IMG/VR virus record: IMGVR_UViG_2928595623_000002
Span: 8,170 to 72,169 of that record
Strand: one strand, 5' to 3'
Origin: a virus
Taxonomy: Duplodnaviria; Caudoviricetes
Length of the DNA stretch: 64,000 nucleotides
The position numbers and the translations under genes are program-made. The notes beneath the pieces are model-generated. The model saw only the letters and a list, made by a program, of their open reading frames with translations. It ran no database searches and was not told the origin of the DNA. Shown here piece by piece: positions 46,111 to 56,299 of this stretch (positions within the stretch are counted from its first letter, which is position 1; each line of letters begins with the position of its first letter).

Positions 46111-46162
46111 GGGTCGCCTCGAATCGAATTCGAGCCTCAGTTTAGGTCACTTTGAACGCCGT

Positions 46163-46378
46163 TTAAAACGGCGTCATGCGGTGGATCGCGCGGATGGCGG
46201 AAAGGAGGCTTGAAAGGCGCTCAAGGCGATCATCAATCGAGCACAATGCGCCAATGGCGCTATTGCGTCGGCCTTCTTCCATATCCTGGGCGGCGAGGTC
46301 GATCCAGTTGGTGACGTCCTCTGCGTCCTGTTGCATAGCCTTGATGATCTGGGTGAAAGCTGCGGCGTTATTGGTCAT
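46163..46378 (-). CDS. Hypothetical protein
   Basis: AGGAG RBS; downstream of methylase. Confidence 0.55.
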   Translation of the reverse strand: MTNNAAAFTQIIKAMQQDAEDVTNWIDLAAQDMEEGRRNSAIGALCSIDDRLERLSSLLSAIRAIHRMTPF

Positions 46379-46516
46379 CGGTCATCTCCTTGTTGATGGA
46401 GATACCATCGCTCCGGGCTGCGGTTTCAGCCAGCAAAGGCCTTCCGGTGTTGCCGCCAAAGTGAAAGGCTTTTGCTAGCTTCGGTCTGATATTGAAGACG
46501 TGAGCAAGAGTATTGC

Positions 46517-47332
46517 TCACCCCGAAATGATCAGCTCACGCGCATCGGTGCTCTTGTTGTTATTGACCGTGTAGCGCAGGCGCACCTCCTGGATGTCGAA
46601 GGCCGAAAAGATCGTCCGGATCTCGGGAACATCGTTGATGGAGAGAATGAACCGCCCCTTGATCCGCCCGAGGCGCTCGGCGATCGCAGCGAACTGATCG
46701 CGGTCGAAGATCTGCTTTCCGTAATCGTCCTCGCAGCCCCAATAGGGCGGGTCGAGGTAGAACAAGGTCTGCTCGCGGTCATATCGGTCGATGAACGGCG
46801 CCCAGTCCAGGCACTCGATCGTCACGCCGGACAGGCGCTCGTGCACCTCTTCCAGCAAGGAGCCAAGGCGGGTGAGATTGAACCGGCTGCCGCGCTCCAG
46901 GGAGACGCCGAAGTTTTGGCCGACAGCCTTACCGCCGAATGCCAGACGCTGGAGATAGAGAAACCGTGCAGCCCGCTCCAGATCGGTTAACGTCTCCGGG
47001 TTTGCAGCCTTGAGCCGTTCGAACTCGCGCCGGCTTGCGATCTGAAACCTCAGCGTATCCATGAACTGAGGATAATGGCGCTGAAGGATGCGAAACAGGT
47101 TTGCGACATCACCAGAGCGATCGTTGATGACTTCGGTGCGAGGCGCTGCCCGGCGGCGAAAGAATATGCCACCCATCCCCACGAATGGCTCGCAATAGAT
47201 CGCGTGCGGCACCTGTTCGATCATGGCGGTGATGCGACCGGCCAGCGCGCGCTTGCCACCCAGCCAGGGTGCCGGCGGGCTCACGGGATCGATTTCACGA
47301 TGAGAAAGAGCAGGGGAAAGTTCAGAAGCCAT
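46517..47332 (-). CDS. Dam-family (D12) DNA adenine methyltransferase at mom position
   Basis: WLGGK, YCEPFVGMG, FYLDPPY. Confidence 0.92.
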   Translation of the reverse strand: MASELSPALSHREIDPVSPPAPWLGGKRALAGRITAMIEQVPHAIYCEPFVGMGGIFFRRRAAPRTEVINDRSGDVANLFRILQRHYPQFMDTLRFQIASRREFERLKAANPETLTDLERAARFLYLQRLAFGGKAVGQNFGVSLERGSRFNLTRLGSLLEEVHERLSGVTIECLDWAPFIDRYDREQTLFYLDPPYWGCEDDYGKQIFDRDQFAAIAERLGRIKGRFILSINDVPEIRTIFSAFDIQEVRLRYTVNNNKSTDARELIISG

Positions 47333-47470
47333 GATTTGTTAACCTCGGTCTGTCAGAGCCTCCGAGCCGCTTTGCGGCCGGGTGCGACGGAATAAGGCTT
47401 GTCCTCTGTCGGGCGGGGCCGGACGCCAATCTAGGCCCGCCACGAGCGAATTAACGCTCGTCACTCGTCA

Positions 47471-47953
47471 TCAAGGCCACGCGAACGGGCACGCGGCTTC
47501 CACCTCCTCCAGAAATGCTTCGATTGCCGGCTGGATCCTTAGGCCTTCGAGTACGCGATCGAGCTCGGCCGCCGAATAGGTCCAGACGGCAGAGCGCCAG
47601 GCAAAGAGCGCCTCGGCCTCGGCCGCAAATTGCATGTTGCCATCGCCGCGATAGGAGATGGCGGAGGCGATCGAATCATAGCCGCGCGATCGGGCTTTTT
47701 CGTCCAGCATCGACTGGATCACTGCACCATAGGCGGCGCGCGCCTCGGCGGCGGTAATGGGCTGGATATAGGCGACCAGGACTGGCGGGTTGGACGAGAC
47801 ATCGACGCGCATGCAATCGGGGTCGACCTCCTGCTCAGTCTGAAAAATGGCACGGCCGGTATCTTCCACATGGGCCTCCGCCCAGGTCAGGCTCGGGCCG
47901 GATAGGCAGCGGACTATCTCGCCGGTCGCGCTGTCATAGACGAGAAAATTCAT
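47471..47953 (-). CDS. Tail fibre assembly-like protein
   Basis: LD..AR.RGYD...SA.SY...WRSAVW. Confidence 0.65.
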   Translation of the reverse strand: MNFLVYDSATGEIVRCLSGPSLTWAEAHVEDTGRAIFQTEQEVDPDCMRVDVSSNPPVLVAYIQPITAAEARAAYGAVIQSMLDEKARSRGYDSIASAISYRGDGNMQFAAEAEALFAWRSAVWTYSAAELDRVLEGLRIQPAIEAFLEEVEAACPFAWP

Positions 47954-47956
47954 GGC

Positions 47957-48870
47957 TCACCTCCGGTGCGTGGTGCCGCTTAGATAACTGCGATTGATCG
48001 ATTGGCCGGCTGCCGTAGCGGTGACATAAAGCCGAAATGTCGTGGAGGCGCCCGATAGCGAGGCCTTGGCGATGGTCCGCGAGACTTCGAAGAAATCGGC
48101 CGCGCTCTTTTGTACTGTCGGCCAGATGAAATAGCTGTTGCCTGAGCCGTCGCGCAGTTCGACGGTGAACGTCGCCGTCGCTCCGCTGGTGTTTTTGAAA
48201 CCCAGATGGATCTCGACTGCATCGCAATCGGAGCCATGTTCGACCAGCACAGACTCGACGAGGACCTCGGTGGTACCGATCGTCTTGGCGGTATTGGTCG
48301 CCGACTGATAGCGCTGGACGAATTCCTGTGACAACACCTTGGAGAGTACGATTGCATTCTCGGCGATGAAGCCGGTGACGGCGAGACCTTGGGTGACCGT
48401 TACCCCCGCGTCATTGTTCGGTCGCTTTTCCGACCGCCTACCTGATTTTGAGACCAGAACCACCCAGTATTTATAGGTGAAGCCGAAAAGGCCTGAGCCT
48501 CCAGTTTGCCCATAGTTGATGAAGGAACAGCCATAGGCGGGGTATTCGCCGAACAAGGTCACGGAGGTATTGTAATCTAGGCCCGTGCCGCCATCAGTTA
48601 TGATCAGTGCGTGATCATAGTCTTCATCGGCCGGGACATCCCATGCCAGGACATGGCAACCACGGCCAGAAAACCCGAAAAAATTGACTGCAGGTACTAC
48701 GGTATTGTTGCGCTTAGGCGGTTTGACACCAACGCTCGTATAGTCTGACCAGGCTCCGACTATGTTGATGAATGAAAGCGCGCGGCATCGTGCTTTATGG
48801 TATTTCAGGGCGCTGGCCTTGAAGTCGGTAGTCAGGTCCACCGAGATAAAAGATCGCCATCTGGTATATT
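47957..48870 (-). pseudogene. C-terminal remnant of tail tip/fibre protein
   Basis: No RBS; Fn3-like segments; begins at a deletion junction. Confidence 0.55.
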
Positions 48871-49200
48871 GTAGGCGCGGGCGGCATTGATCATCGCCGA
48901 GTTGAGGCTTGAAACCGGTATCGAGACCTTGCGGACCTTGAGCGACATTTCCATCGGGATCGACGGGATTTTGATCCGGTCGCCGATGCCATGATAGACC
49001 CGGTTGACCACGGCTCCTGTGTCCGGCCGGATGACCGGCACCGTCATGGCCGTCTGGCCGGTCCAGATCCCGATCGTCTCTTTGACCGAGGTCAGCTTGT
49101 TGATGCCGGTCAGCCAGATGAAATAGCGCGGGATGATGATGCCGGTCGATCGGGCAGCCTGCAGCGCTGCATAAGTGTTTGTCGATACCGAAAGCACCAT
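48832..49200 (-). pseudogene. Truncated minor tail protein
   Basis: IGIWTG...YHG.G; appears cut off at AARAYN. Confidence 0.55.
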
Positions 49201-49859
49201 CAGAACACCTGCACCATCTTGAGGCTGCCGCCGGGTGTCAGCTGGCCCTGACCGGTGCCCGCCTCATAGCCGTTGGCGATAAGCCGCCAGAGCGGCGACG
49301 GCCGCGCAAACTCGACGATATCGTTGACCGCAAGGCCCGGGCTTACATGAGGCCGCACGCTCACCCAGCCCAACGTCTCGCCGGCACCATTGGCCTGCGC
49401 ATCTGAGGTGATGCGATGATAGGCGCGGTGGACCGGATCGGTGCCGATATCGGCATGCCAGCGGTCGCCGGCTGTGAGCTGGTAGCCGCCGGGAAGCCCC
49501 TTGAACCGGACGCGCTTGTTATCGGCGGCAATCTCGGCGATCCTGCAGGTGCCCGTATGCGCCTTGATGATGGTACCGCCCGGATCGGCGATCGGATATT
49601 GCAGACGCGGGTCGTACATATAAAACCGACCGATCACGCCGTCGAGCATCTCGATGCGGGCCTGGGCGGCGGCGGCCTGGGCGTGGGTCAGCTTGGGGTC
49701 GATCGTGATTTCGGCCCGCCAGACCGGATCGGCAAGATCGGCCGCGAGATCGTCGCCGGCACCGGTCTTTCCGGAATCCTCCTGATAATACTGGATCCAC
49801 ATTTTAACCTGGTAGTAGTCCAGCTGGTTGGCCAGATCCTGCAAGCTCAAGGTCGCCAT
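49200..49859 (-). CDS. Distal tail protein
   Basis: Follows TMP; YDPR..YP..DP. Confidence 0.65.
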   Translation of the reverse strand: MATLSLQDLANQLDYYQVKMWIQYYQEDSGKTGAGDDLAADLADPVWRAEITIDPKLTHAQAAAAQARIEMLDGVIGRFYMYDPRLQYPIADPGGTIIKAHTGTCRIAEIAADNKRVRFKGLPGGYQLTAGDRWHADIGTDPVHRAYHRITSDAQANGAGETLGWVSVRPHVSPGLAVNDIVEFARPSPLWRLIANGYEAGTGQGQLTPGGSLKMVQVF

Positions 49860-49860
49860 A

Positions 49861-52800
49861 TCAGCCGCTCCATCTCGCATTCGGATCGCGGCGCCAGGCC
49901 TCAATCATTTCGGGGAACGATGCCACCCAGGCGCGATCGCGCTCCTCAAGAGCGGCGCGCGTGCCCTCATTGGCCTGGCGCAGGATCTCCTCGTTGGTGG
50001 TGCCGTAGATGTGGAGCGTGTGCGACGTCGATAGCGCCATGCGCATCTCGCCGCCGGATTGACGCACCGCGCGCGGTACCACGTTACGGACGCCGAGGCG
50101 TCCATCGGCGCCGCGCGCCAGCGGCATGATTGCCTCTTCGCCGGCCTCGCCCATCAGGCCTGTGCGACCGCGTGACATCGGAAAGAATGTCGGCCGATCG
50201 ACGACACCGCCATTGGCGAAAGCAACGACGGAGCCCGAAGAGAAGGCAGCACCATCCGCAAAGAGGTTCGAAAAGATGCTGCTGAAGATCGACGAGATCG
50301 CCGAACCGATCCCGGAAACAGCGCCGCCGATGCCGGAGATCAGCCCGGAGAACAGGCCACCGGTCGAGTTGATTGTCGTTGCCGGCGCGGGTGTCTGAGC
50401 CGGCAGCGCCTGGCTCGTCTTGTTGATCGATGACAGCAACGATCCGGAGCCGTCCGTAAGAGCCTTGGACGCATCGACCGAGGAGGATGCCATTTTGTCG
50501 ACATTGGCGGCGGCATTGGTGCTGGTGGTCGAAAGCTTGGCCAGCTGGCCGTTGAACTTGTCGACATATTGCCGGCCGGTCGTCCCCAGCACGTCAGCCG
50601 AGTTGGCACCCTGTGCCTGCGGTCGGCCGGTAAACCAGACCGAGGCCGCGTCCTGCGGGGTGCCGTATTTCGCCATCGATGCCGAAAACTGCTGGTTAAA
50701 GACAGCATCCTGTGCCGCCGGATTTGCCAGAAACTGGTCGGGCGTCATGCGCTGGCCGAGCGCCTGCTCGGTCCATGGGCCGATATTGTTGCCCATGACC
50801 TGATATTTGCCATAGGCGCGGTCGCCATTGGTCCAGGGACCGAGGGCGCCATAGTTGCCGCCGCTCTCGATCGCTGCGATCGCCTGCTGGTACATTGCCA
50901 TGTTGCCGGTCGTCGCAGCGGCAATGTTGGTGTTGGCGGCATTGCCAAAGAGCGAGGTTGTGCCAAGTCCCGGCAGGCCGAGCGGCGAACCATTGATCAT
51001 CACCGTGCCGGCGGTCACGGTCATGGCGGCCGTCGAGGTGGTCGAGAGCGGGCTTGCACTCTTGCCGGCGAATAGGTCGCCAAGCGTCGGCAGATTGGTG
51101 CCGAGCAGGTTGTTTTTAAGTGGATTGGCAAAGGCCAGCTGCTGGAATGTCGTCAGCAGCGTCGAGGTCACGGATTTGAGGCTGTCTTTCAGCGATCCGG
51201 TCCCGACCACCAGCGAGTCGATCGCGCTGGAGCCTGCATTCTGCACCGTCGACCAGGCGCCTTGCTGGCGCTCCAGTTCGAGCTTGAGGTTGGCCATCTG
51301 GGCCGCATTGGTGCGAAGCTGCTCGGCCTCTTTCGACATGGTCGCGAGGCCAAGTTCGCGGATCTTGATTTCGGCCTCATAGGCGGCAATGGCGCGCGCC
51401 CGCTCGTCGGCCGATTTGCCGACCAGCGAGATTTCGAGCTCGAGGCGGCCGATACTGTCGCTTTGGGTCTTGAGATAGTCCTGTTGCTTCTTGATCTCGC
51501 GCTCGAGCTCATCGGCCGCCCGCTTGCGCTCCTGCTCGAGCTTCTTGTTGAGCTCTTCGTTTGGGTCATAGTCGAGGCTGTTCGGGCGGCTTGCCGGCAC
51601 GGCGGGCACGGTCAGTTGACCGTCCGAGTTGATGACGGTCGGGCTTTCGTTTTCGATCCGGAGGCGGGCGTCCCGGTAGACCCGTTCGATTTCGCGGACG
51701 CCGGCCTCGGTGCGACCGAGCGTCGAGCCGAGGAGGTCATTATAGATCTTGTCGAGATTGGCCTTGTCGTTGGCCGTGACCATGTTGCCGATGCCATCGG
51801 ACATGGCCTTGAGCTGCGCGGCGTGATCACCACCGGCGACGCGGTTTTGAATGGTTTCGAGCTCGCGGTACTTGTTGGCCAGATCAACGAGCTTATCGCC
51901 CAACAGGATGACCTGGTCGGCCTGGCGCTGGAAGCCGGATTGCTGGCCAAGTTTTTCCACCTCGGCCTGGAAGGCGGCGAGATCCGGTTTGATCCCCGTT
52001 GCGATCTGAGCCCGCAATTTGTTGATCGGGCCGGAGAAGGCCTCGAACCCGGAACCAACCTGCAGAGCGTCTTCTGCCATCGCCCGCAATTGCTCTGCGA
52101 ACGCATGGACATCGCCGCTGGCGCCGGCCATCTTGAGCGACGTTGTAACCGCCTCATCGATCTTCGCATTGAAACCGTCGAGGTCGGCTGCGCCTGCGGC
52201 GGCTGTATCGAGCAGGTACCGGATCGAGTCGGCAAAGACCTTGTTTGTTTCTGCCGCCCTGGCCAGCGCACCGAGATCGCCGGTCGTGCCGTTCGTTGCG
52301 TCTGTGGCCCCTTCGGCAACAGCCGCAAACATTGCCGCATATTGCTCGCGCATTGCGGAACTCAGGCTCGTGAGGCTGTTGCGCAGCGAGGCGTCGGAAA
52401 AACTGTCGCTCGGCCCGAAATTAGCGCTCCTGGCCAACTCGCCATAGGTCGCCTTCAGCGCATCGAGCGTTGCCCGATGCTTGTCGAGCGCCGCTTCAAA
52501 ATTGTCGACGCCTTCCTCGCCGGATGCGAACCACTGCGCTGCCGCCGTACCGAGTGCGATCGAGCCGATCGTCAGCAGGCTCATAGGCGAGATCAGCGAG
52601 GTTAGCGCCGCGCCGATGCCCTTGATTGGCGAGTCCATCGACGCGAAGACCGCCGACAACTGGGTACCCTGCTGAAGCGCAATCTGGAGCGGCGACATCC
52701 CCATGGCGGCTGAGACGCCGATATCCTGAAACTGGGCGGCAATATTGGCCGTCTGAAACCCTTGTGCGCCGCTGACGGCTTGGCCAGGCATGGCGGCAAC

Positions 52801-53208
52801 CGCAGCATTGCGACCACGGATCGCGGCGATCGACGCATTGGCTGCAGCCCGTTCGCGCTCCATCGCAGCTGTCATTTCCGAGGCCGAGATCGCTCCGATC
52901 TTGTGGGCATCACGGATCGCCGCGACCTCTGTGCGATAGCGCTGCACGGCAGCGAAGAGCGGATTGTACCTGGCGCGCAGCGCGTCCATCTGAGCGCCGT
53001 AGGCGGCGAGATCGTCGGCGCGCAGATTGCTGTTGGCGCCAATGTTCCGGACACCGGTTTCCGCCTCGATCATCGCCTGGATGGATCGTGCCGTCTTCTG
53101 GGCGGTCTGGCCGACCTTGTCGATCGCGCGTTCGGCCTCGGCGCCGCCAGCCTTGGCGCCGCTGGCATCCGCGCCGATCAGGATCGACAGTTTCATAGCC
53201 TGGGTCAT
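49861..53208 (-). CDS. Tape measure protein with lytic transglycosylase-like domain
   Basis: NIAAQFQDIGV; AIAAIESGGNY...YGKYQ; GLMGEAGEEAIMPL. Confidence 0.88.
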   Translation of the reverse strand: MTQAMKLSILIGADASGAKAGGAEAERAIDKVGQTAQKTARSIQAMIEAETGVRNIGANSNLRADDLAAYGAQMDALRARYNPLFAAVQRYRTEVAAIRDAHKIGAISASEMTAAMERERAAANASIAAIRGRNAAVAAMPGQAVSGAQGFQTANIAAQFQDIGVSAAMGMSPLQIALQQGTQLSAVFASMDSPIKGIGAALTSLISPMSLLTIGSIALGTAAAQWFASGEEGVDNFEAALDKHRATLDALKATYGELARSANFGPSDSFSDASLRNSLTSLSSAMREQYAAMFAAVAEGATDATNGTTGDLGALARAAETNKVFADSIRYLLDTAAAGAADLDGFNAKIDEAVTTSLKMAGASGDVHAFAEQLRAMAEDALQVGSGFEAFSGPINKLRAQIATGIKPDLAAFQAEVEKLGQQSGFQRQADQVILLGDKLVDLANKYRELETIQNRVAGGDHAAQLKAMSDGIGNMVTANDKANLDKIYNDLLGSTLGRTEAGVREIERVYRDARLRIENESPTVINSDGQLTVPAVPASRPNSLDYDPNEELNKKLEQERKRAADELEREIKKQQDYLKTQSDSIGRLELEISLVGKSADERARAIAAYEAEIKIRELGLATMSKEAEQLRTNAAQMANLKLELERQQGAWSTVQNAGSSAIDSLVVGTGSLKDSLKSVTSTLLTTFQQLAFANPLKNNLLGTNLPTLGDLFAGKSASPLSTTSTAAMTVTAGTVMINGSPLGLPGLGTTSLFGNAANTNIAAATTGNMAMYQQAIAAIESGGNYGALGPWTNGDRAYGKYQVMGNNIGPWTEQALGQRMTPDQFLANPAAQDAVFNQQFSASMAKYGTPQDAASVWFTGRPQAQGANSADVLGTTGRQYVDKFNGQLAKLSTTSTNAAANVDKMASSSVDASKALTDGSGSLLSSINKTSQALPAQTPAPATTINSTGGLFSGLISGIGGAVSGIGSAISSIFSSIFSNLFADGAAFSSGSVVAFANGGVVDRPTFFPMSRGRTGLMGEAGEEAIMPLARGADGRLGVRNVVPRAVRQSGGEMRMALSTSHTLHIYGTTNEEILRQANEGTRAALEERDRAWVASFPEMIEAWRRDPNARWSG

Positions 53209-53588
53209 TGTTCGACCTCATTCAAAACGGGCAGGGCAGCGGCTTCCATGACCCGAACATTTTCCCAGATGTCTTTCGACCAGGACTCGAGGCGGGCGAT
53301 GACGTCGACAGCGGAATAATCGAGCCCCAGCCAGAAGAGACCGGCCATTGTGCCGCTGACGCGCCATTGCGTTTCGCAGCCAAGGAAGGCGATGAGCGAT
53401 GGCCAATTGGCAGGATGGATCGGCATCCGGTCGGTCTCCTCGTCGCGGGTTTGGGGTTTGCGCGGGATCTGCAGGCCCCAGGCGGCTAAATCTGACCTCA
53501 TCTGATCGTTGAGCTTGACAGCCTTGGCTCGATCGGCGCGGCCGCACTTGGCATGAGCCCAGGCAGCGGCCGCCTCGGTTAGTTTTTT
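53205..53588 (-). CDS. DUF1799-like -1 frameshift extension of tail chaperone
   Basis: A AAA AAC slippery site; -1 frame open into MRSDLAAW...TQWR...GLDY. Confidence 0.7.
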   Translation of the reverse strand, partial: KKLTEAAAAWAHAKCGRADRAKAVKLNDQMRSDLAAWGLQIPRKPQTRDEETDRMPIHPANWPSLIAFLGCETQWRVSGTMAGLFWLGLDYSAVDVIARLESWSKDIWENVRVMEAAALPVLNEVEQ

Positions 53589-53989
53589 CTCAGGCCCTCG
53601 CCGGAGGCCATCGCCTGATAGGCATCGAAAATTGCCTTGCGAATGTGCGGGCGCTTTAGCGCCTGGCGCAGGATGGCCTCGGAAAACGGCACTTCTGCCT
53701 TGCGTTCATCCTGGATGCCGCGCCAGTCCGAGATCACGCCAACGAAACTGTCATCATCGAACTGCTCGATTGCCCGCATGCGCTCGTTGGCGGAACTGAG
53801 CGAGGTTACGGACGCATCGCCCTCGATGAGCCGGGCGCGGGCATCATTCTGAGCGCGGGCCTCGTCACGATCGAGCAGCCGGAACAGCACTTCGAACTCA
53901 TAATCGGCAAAGTGACCCGGGATGGTTTCGTCCGGCTCGCTCACCTTGACCGGCCACCAGGCCTTGATCTCTTTTTTCAACACAAACAT
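53579..53989 (-). CDS. Tail assembly chaperone
   Basis: WWPVKV..P; DW.GI.D..VPFS; ends RKN. Confidence 0.8.
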   Translation of the reverse strand: MFVLKKEIKAWWPVKVSEPDETIPGHFADYEFEVLFRLLDRDEARAQNDARARLIEGDASVTSLSSANERMRAIEQFDDDSFVGVISDWRGIQDERKAEVPFSEAILRQALKRPHIRKAIFDAYQAMASGEGLRKN

Positions 53990-54046
53990 TTCAGGACCTC
54001 AAAAGACGTTTAAAGGGGGAATGAAGCCGGTTTGAGCCGGCACCCA

Positions 54047-54314
54047 TCACTTGCAGACGATGGTCAGTTCGTTGTTGCCGGCGGCGCCGGGCTGCAGGAT
54101 CAGCGGCAATGTGTCGGTGAGGATCTTCTGGGACTGGCCAATCTTGGTGCGACCGATCTGGGTTTTGGGGCAGTTGATCCGGACGATGTTGCCGGCAACG
54201 GTGCCATGTTCGAAGAACATCATCCCGGTCGTGTGGGCCTTGGCGATCGCCAGCCAGTTCACTTCGCCGATCAATGCTGCCTCCAGCACGACTTCACCGG
54301 TGACGCGGCGGTCA
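54047..54314 (-). pseudogene. C-terminal remnant of tail tube protein
   Basis: DRRVTGEVVLEA...HGTVAGNIV...GNNELTI; 5' part deleted. Confidence 0.7.
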
Positions 54315-54576
54315 GGCGGTCATCGATCGTGCGGATCGCGCGGTGGATCGACTCCCGAGAACGACCGCTATGTTCGGCGATCCGCCGCCTGGGCCATGCG
54401 AAGAACTGGTTCATCAGGTGGATGACGATCTGGCGGGCGAGCGCTGCGTCGAAATATTCATGGGGCGGCTCGATGATCTGCCGAACGGTCAGATGCGGAA
54501 AGGACTCTCGAACGGCGATGTAGCTGCAGGTGATATGCAGGCTATAGCGTTCGTCTGAGGAATGGACGTTGATCAT
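54315..54576 (-). pseudogene. Early Mu gene with DnaA-C-like HTH, truncated at deletion
   Basis: LARQIVIHL...RRIA...GRSRESI.RAI. Confidence 0.5.
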
Positions 54577-54863
54577 TTCAGCACCGCGATTTCCGAAAGC
54601 GCCCAGAGCCCGAGAGCAAGATCCACCAGGACCACGCCGAAGATGAGCGAGAACAGGCAGCCCTGGTTCTGGCTCGACGGGCTGAAATGGTTGTCGATTT
54701 CGCCATGTCGTTTCGACATTGGCGCCGCTGAGCGAATGCGCGATGTTTGCCGGGTGGCGAGGCCATCGACGACGGACAGCCGGGGCTGAATGATGGCCCT
54801 GCCGGTCGGGGAAGCCCGGTACCGGATGCCAAAGGCTAGAACGGCGCAAAGGTCTCGCCACAT
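54573..54863 (-). CDS. Hypothetical membrane protein
   Basis: C-terminal TM; coupled after ner. Confidence 0.35.
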   Translation of the reverse strand: MWRDLCAVLAFGIRYRASPTGRAIIQPRLSVVDGLATRQTSRIRSAAPMSKRHGEIDNHFSPSSQNQGCLFSLIFGVVLVDLALGLWALSEIAVLK

Positions 54864-54864
54864 A

Positions 54865-55179
54865 TCAAGCAGCCTCCAGCGAAGGCGGGCGGCGGCTGTG
54901 CCGATAGTTCGCGGTGGGCTGGGGCGCCAGGCGACGACCATCGGCATGATACCGCGACCGCCAAAGCAGTTCCGGCCGGGTCTTGAGCGCGGCGGCGATC
55001 GCCCGCTCGCCGGCAAGGTGAGGCTCGTGGACCGCATTTCCTGCGGTACCGGAAGGGAGGTTATAGGCCTTGTCGATGTCGGAGAGGGTTAGCTTGGCTA
55101 CAATGAGCTTGGACTTGATGCGGGCAACCTCTTCGAGGCGGCGCCGTTCGGCCTTGTCGTCGTGTGCAACGGAGGGCAT
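54865..55179 (-). CDS. ner: Ner/Nlp-like DNA-binding protein
   Basis: GERAIAAAL...P..LW.SRY...G. Confidence 0.8.
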   Translation of the reverse strand: MPSVAHDDKAERRRLEEVARIKSKLIVAKLTLSDIDKAYNLPSGTAGNAVHEPHLAGERAIAAALKTRPELLWRSRYHADGRRLAPQPTANYRHSRRPPSLEAA

Positions 55180-55306
55180 AAGTAATCCTTAATCCAGATT
55201 GGGAGGCCCTGGCCGGCCTCCTTTTTTGGGCTGTTGAAATCTGCGAACACAGAAAGGACTACTCCAAAAATGGGTATTTAACAACCCTGTTTTTGGGTTA
55301 TTTTGA

Positions 55307-55822
55307 ATGGGCGACGATAAGAACAATCTGAAATTGATCGGAGATCGGCTGACCTTGGTAAGGAAGACGCGCGGCTTTCCGTCTCGCGAGGCCTTCGCTG
55401 AGGCATTCGGAATCCCAAAGAGAACGCTTGAAAAATACGAGCAAGGCGTATCGGAATTGCCCACAAGGCTGCAGCAGTGGCTTGCAACTGTTCATGGCGT
55501 CAATCTGACGTGGTTGATGACTGGAGCGGGAGACATGTTCGATGATCCGTCCAAAGCCCCGCCGCCGGCTGCCAATTTCGATATCGTTCTACTCCAAAAG
55601 CTGCACGACGCAGTTCAGGCCGTCTATGTCGAGTGCAAGCGAACGCCGCCGCCGCGCGCGATCACGGCTGATGCGGGCGAGCTCTATAACGAGTTGCTCG
55701 GGATGGTCGGGGATATTCGGGACAAGGCCGTCGTAACAGCAGTCATTCCGATCTTGCGGGACCGTTTCAAGGAACGGATCTCCAAAGCCGAGCCAGGGTC
55801 GACCAAAGCCGTGGGCTCATGA
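55307..55822 (+). CDS. Mu c-like XRE repressor
   Basis: HTH FAEAFGIPKRTLEKYEQG; WLMTG.G.M; divergent from ner. Confidence 0.8.
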   Translation: MGDDKNNLKLIGDRLTLVRKTRGFPSREAFAEAFGIPKRTLEKYEQGVSELPTRLQQWLATVHGVNLTWLMTGAGDMFDDPSKAPPPAANFDIVLLQKLHDAVQAVYVECKRTPPPRAITADAGELYNELLGMVGDIRDKAVVTAVIPILRDRFKERISKAEPGSTKAVGS

Positions 55823-56299
55823 TCGTACTGCCGGCTGACTTCTGCCATTAATGCAATTGGTTGAAGCACAATCAATCGCGCTGATTAAGATTGTAATTTT
55901 ATCGTTAAGGTCGAAAATGCAATGAGGAGCAACTAATATTAGGGGTTTGTTTCTGAGCGTAGACAGAACTGGTTAGTGCGTTTGGGCGGTGGTGGTGGTT
56001 ATCGATTGGCGGGTTGAGGTTGAGCTTGTTCGCGTTAAAGCGTTAGGTTCGGAAGCAAGAAATCATCGATAGTTGGCCAAACGGAGTTATGGGGCAGACA
56101 ATAAAAAGGTTCGCTTCACGCCCCGGGTCGGCCATGCGATTGGAATTTTTTGCGGCCTGAGATGCTGATATACTGCTACTTTCTAATCCACCGTATACAA
56201 GCCCTATGGCGCAAGAAAACAATACGTTTAGTCAGGTAGTGCTTCACTTGCCGGAATTCCATCATAAGATGTGTCGAAGGGACGGATTCGGGAGGTGGC

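Noticed and set aside
47471-54314. Tailocin/GTA interpretation of the Mu tail genes
   Set aside because: Tube and tip genes are truncated and no lysis genes are present
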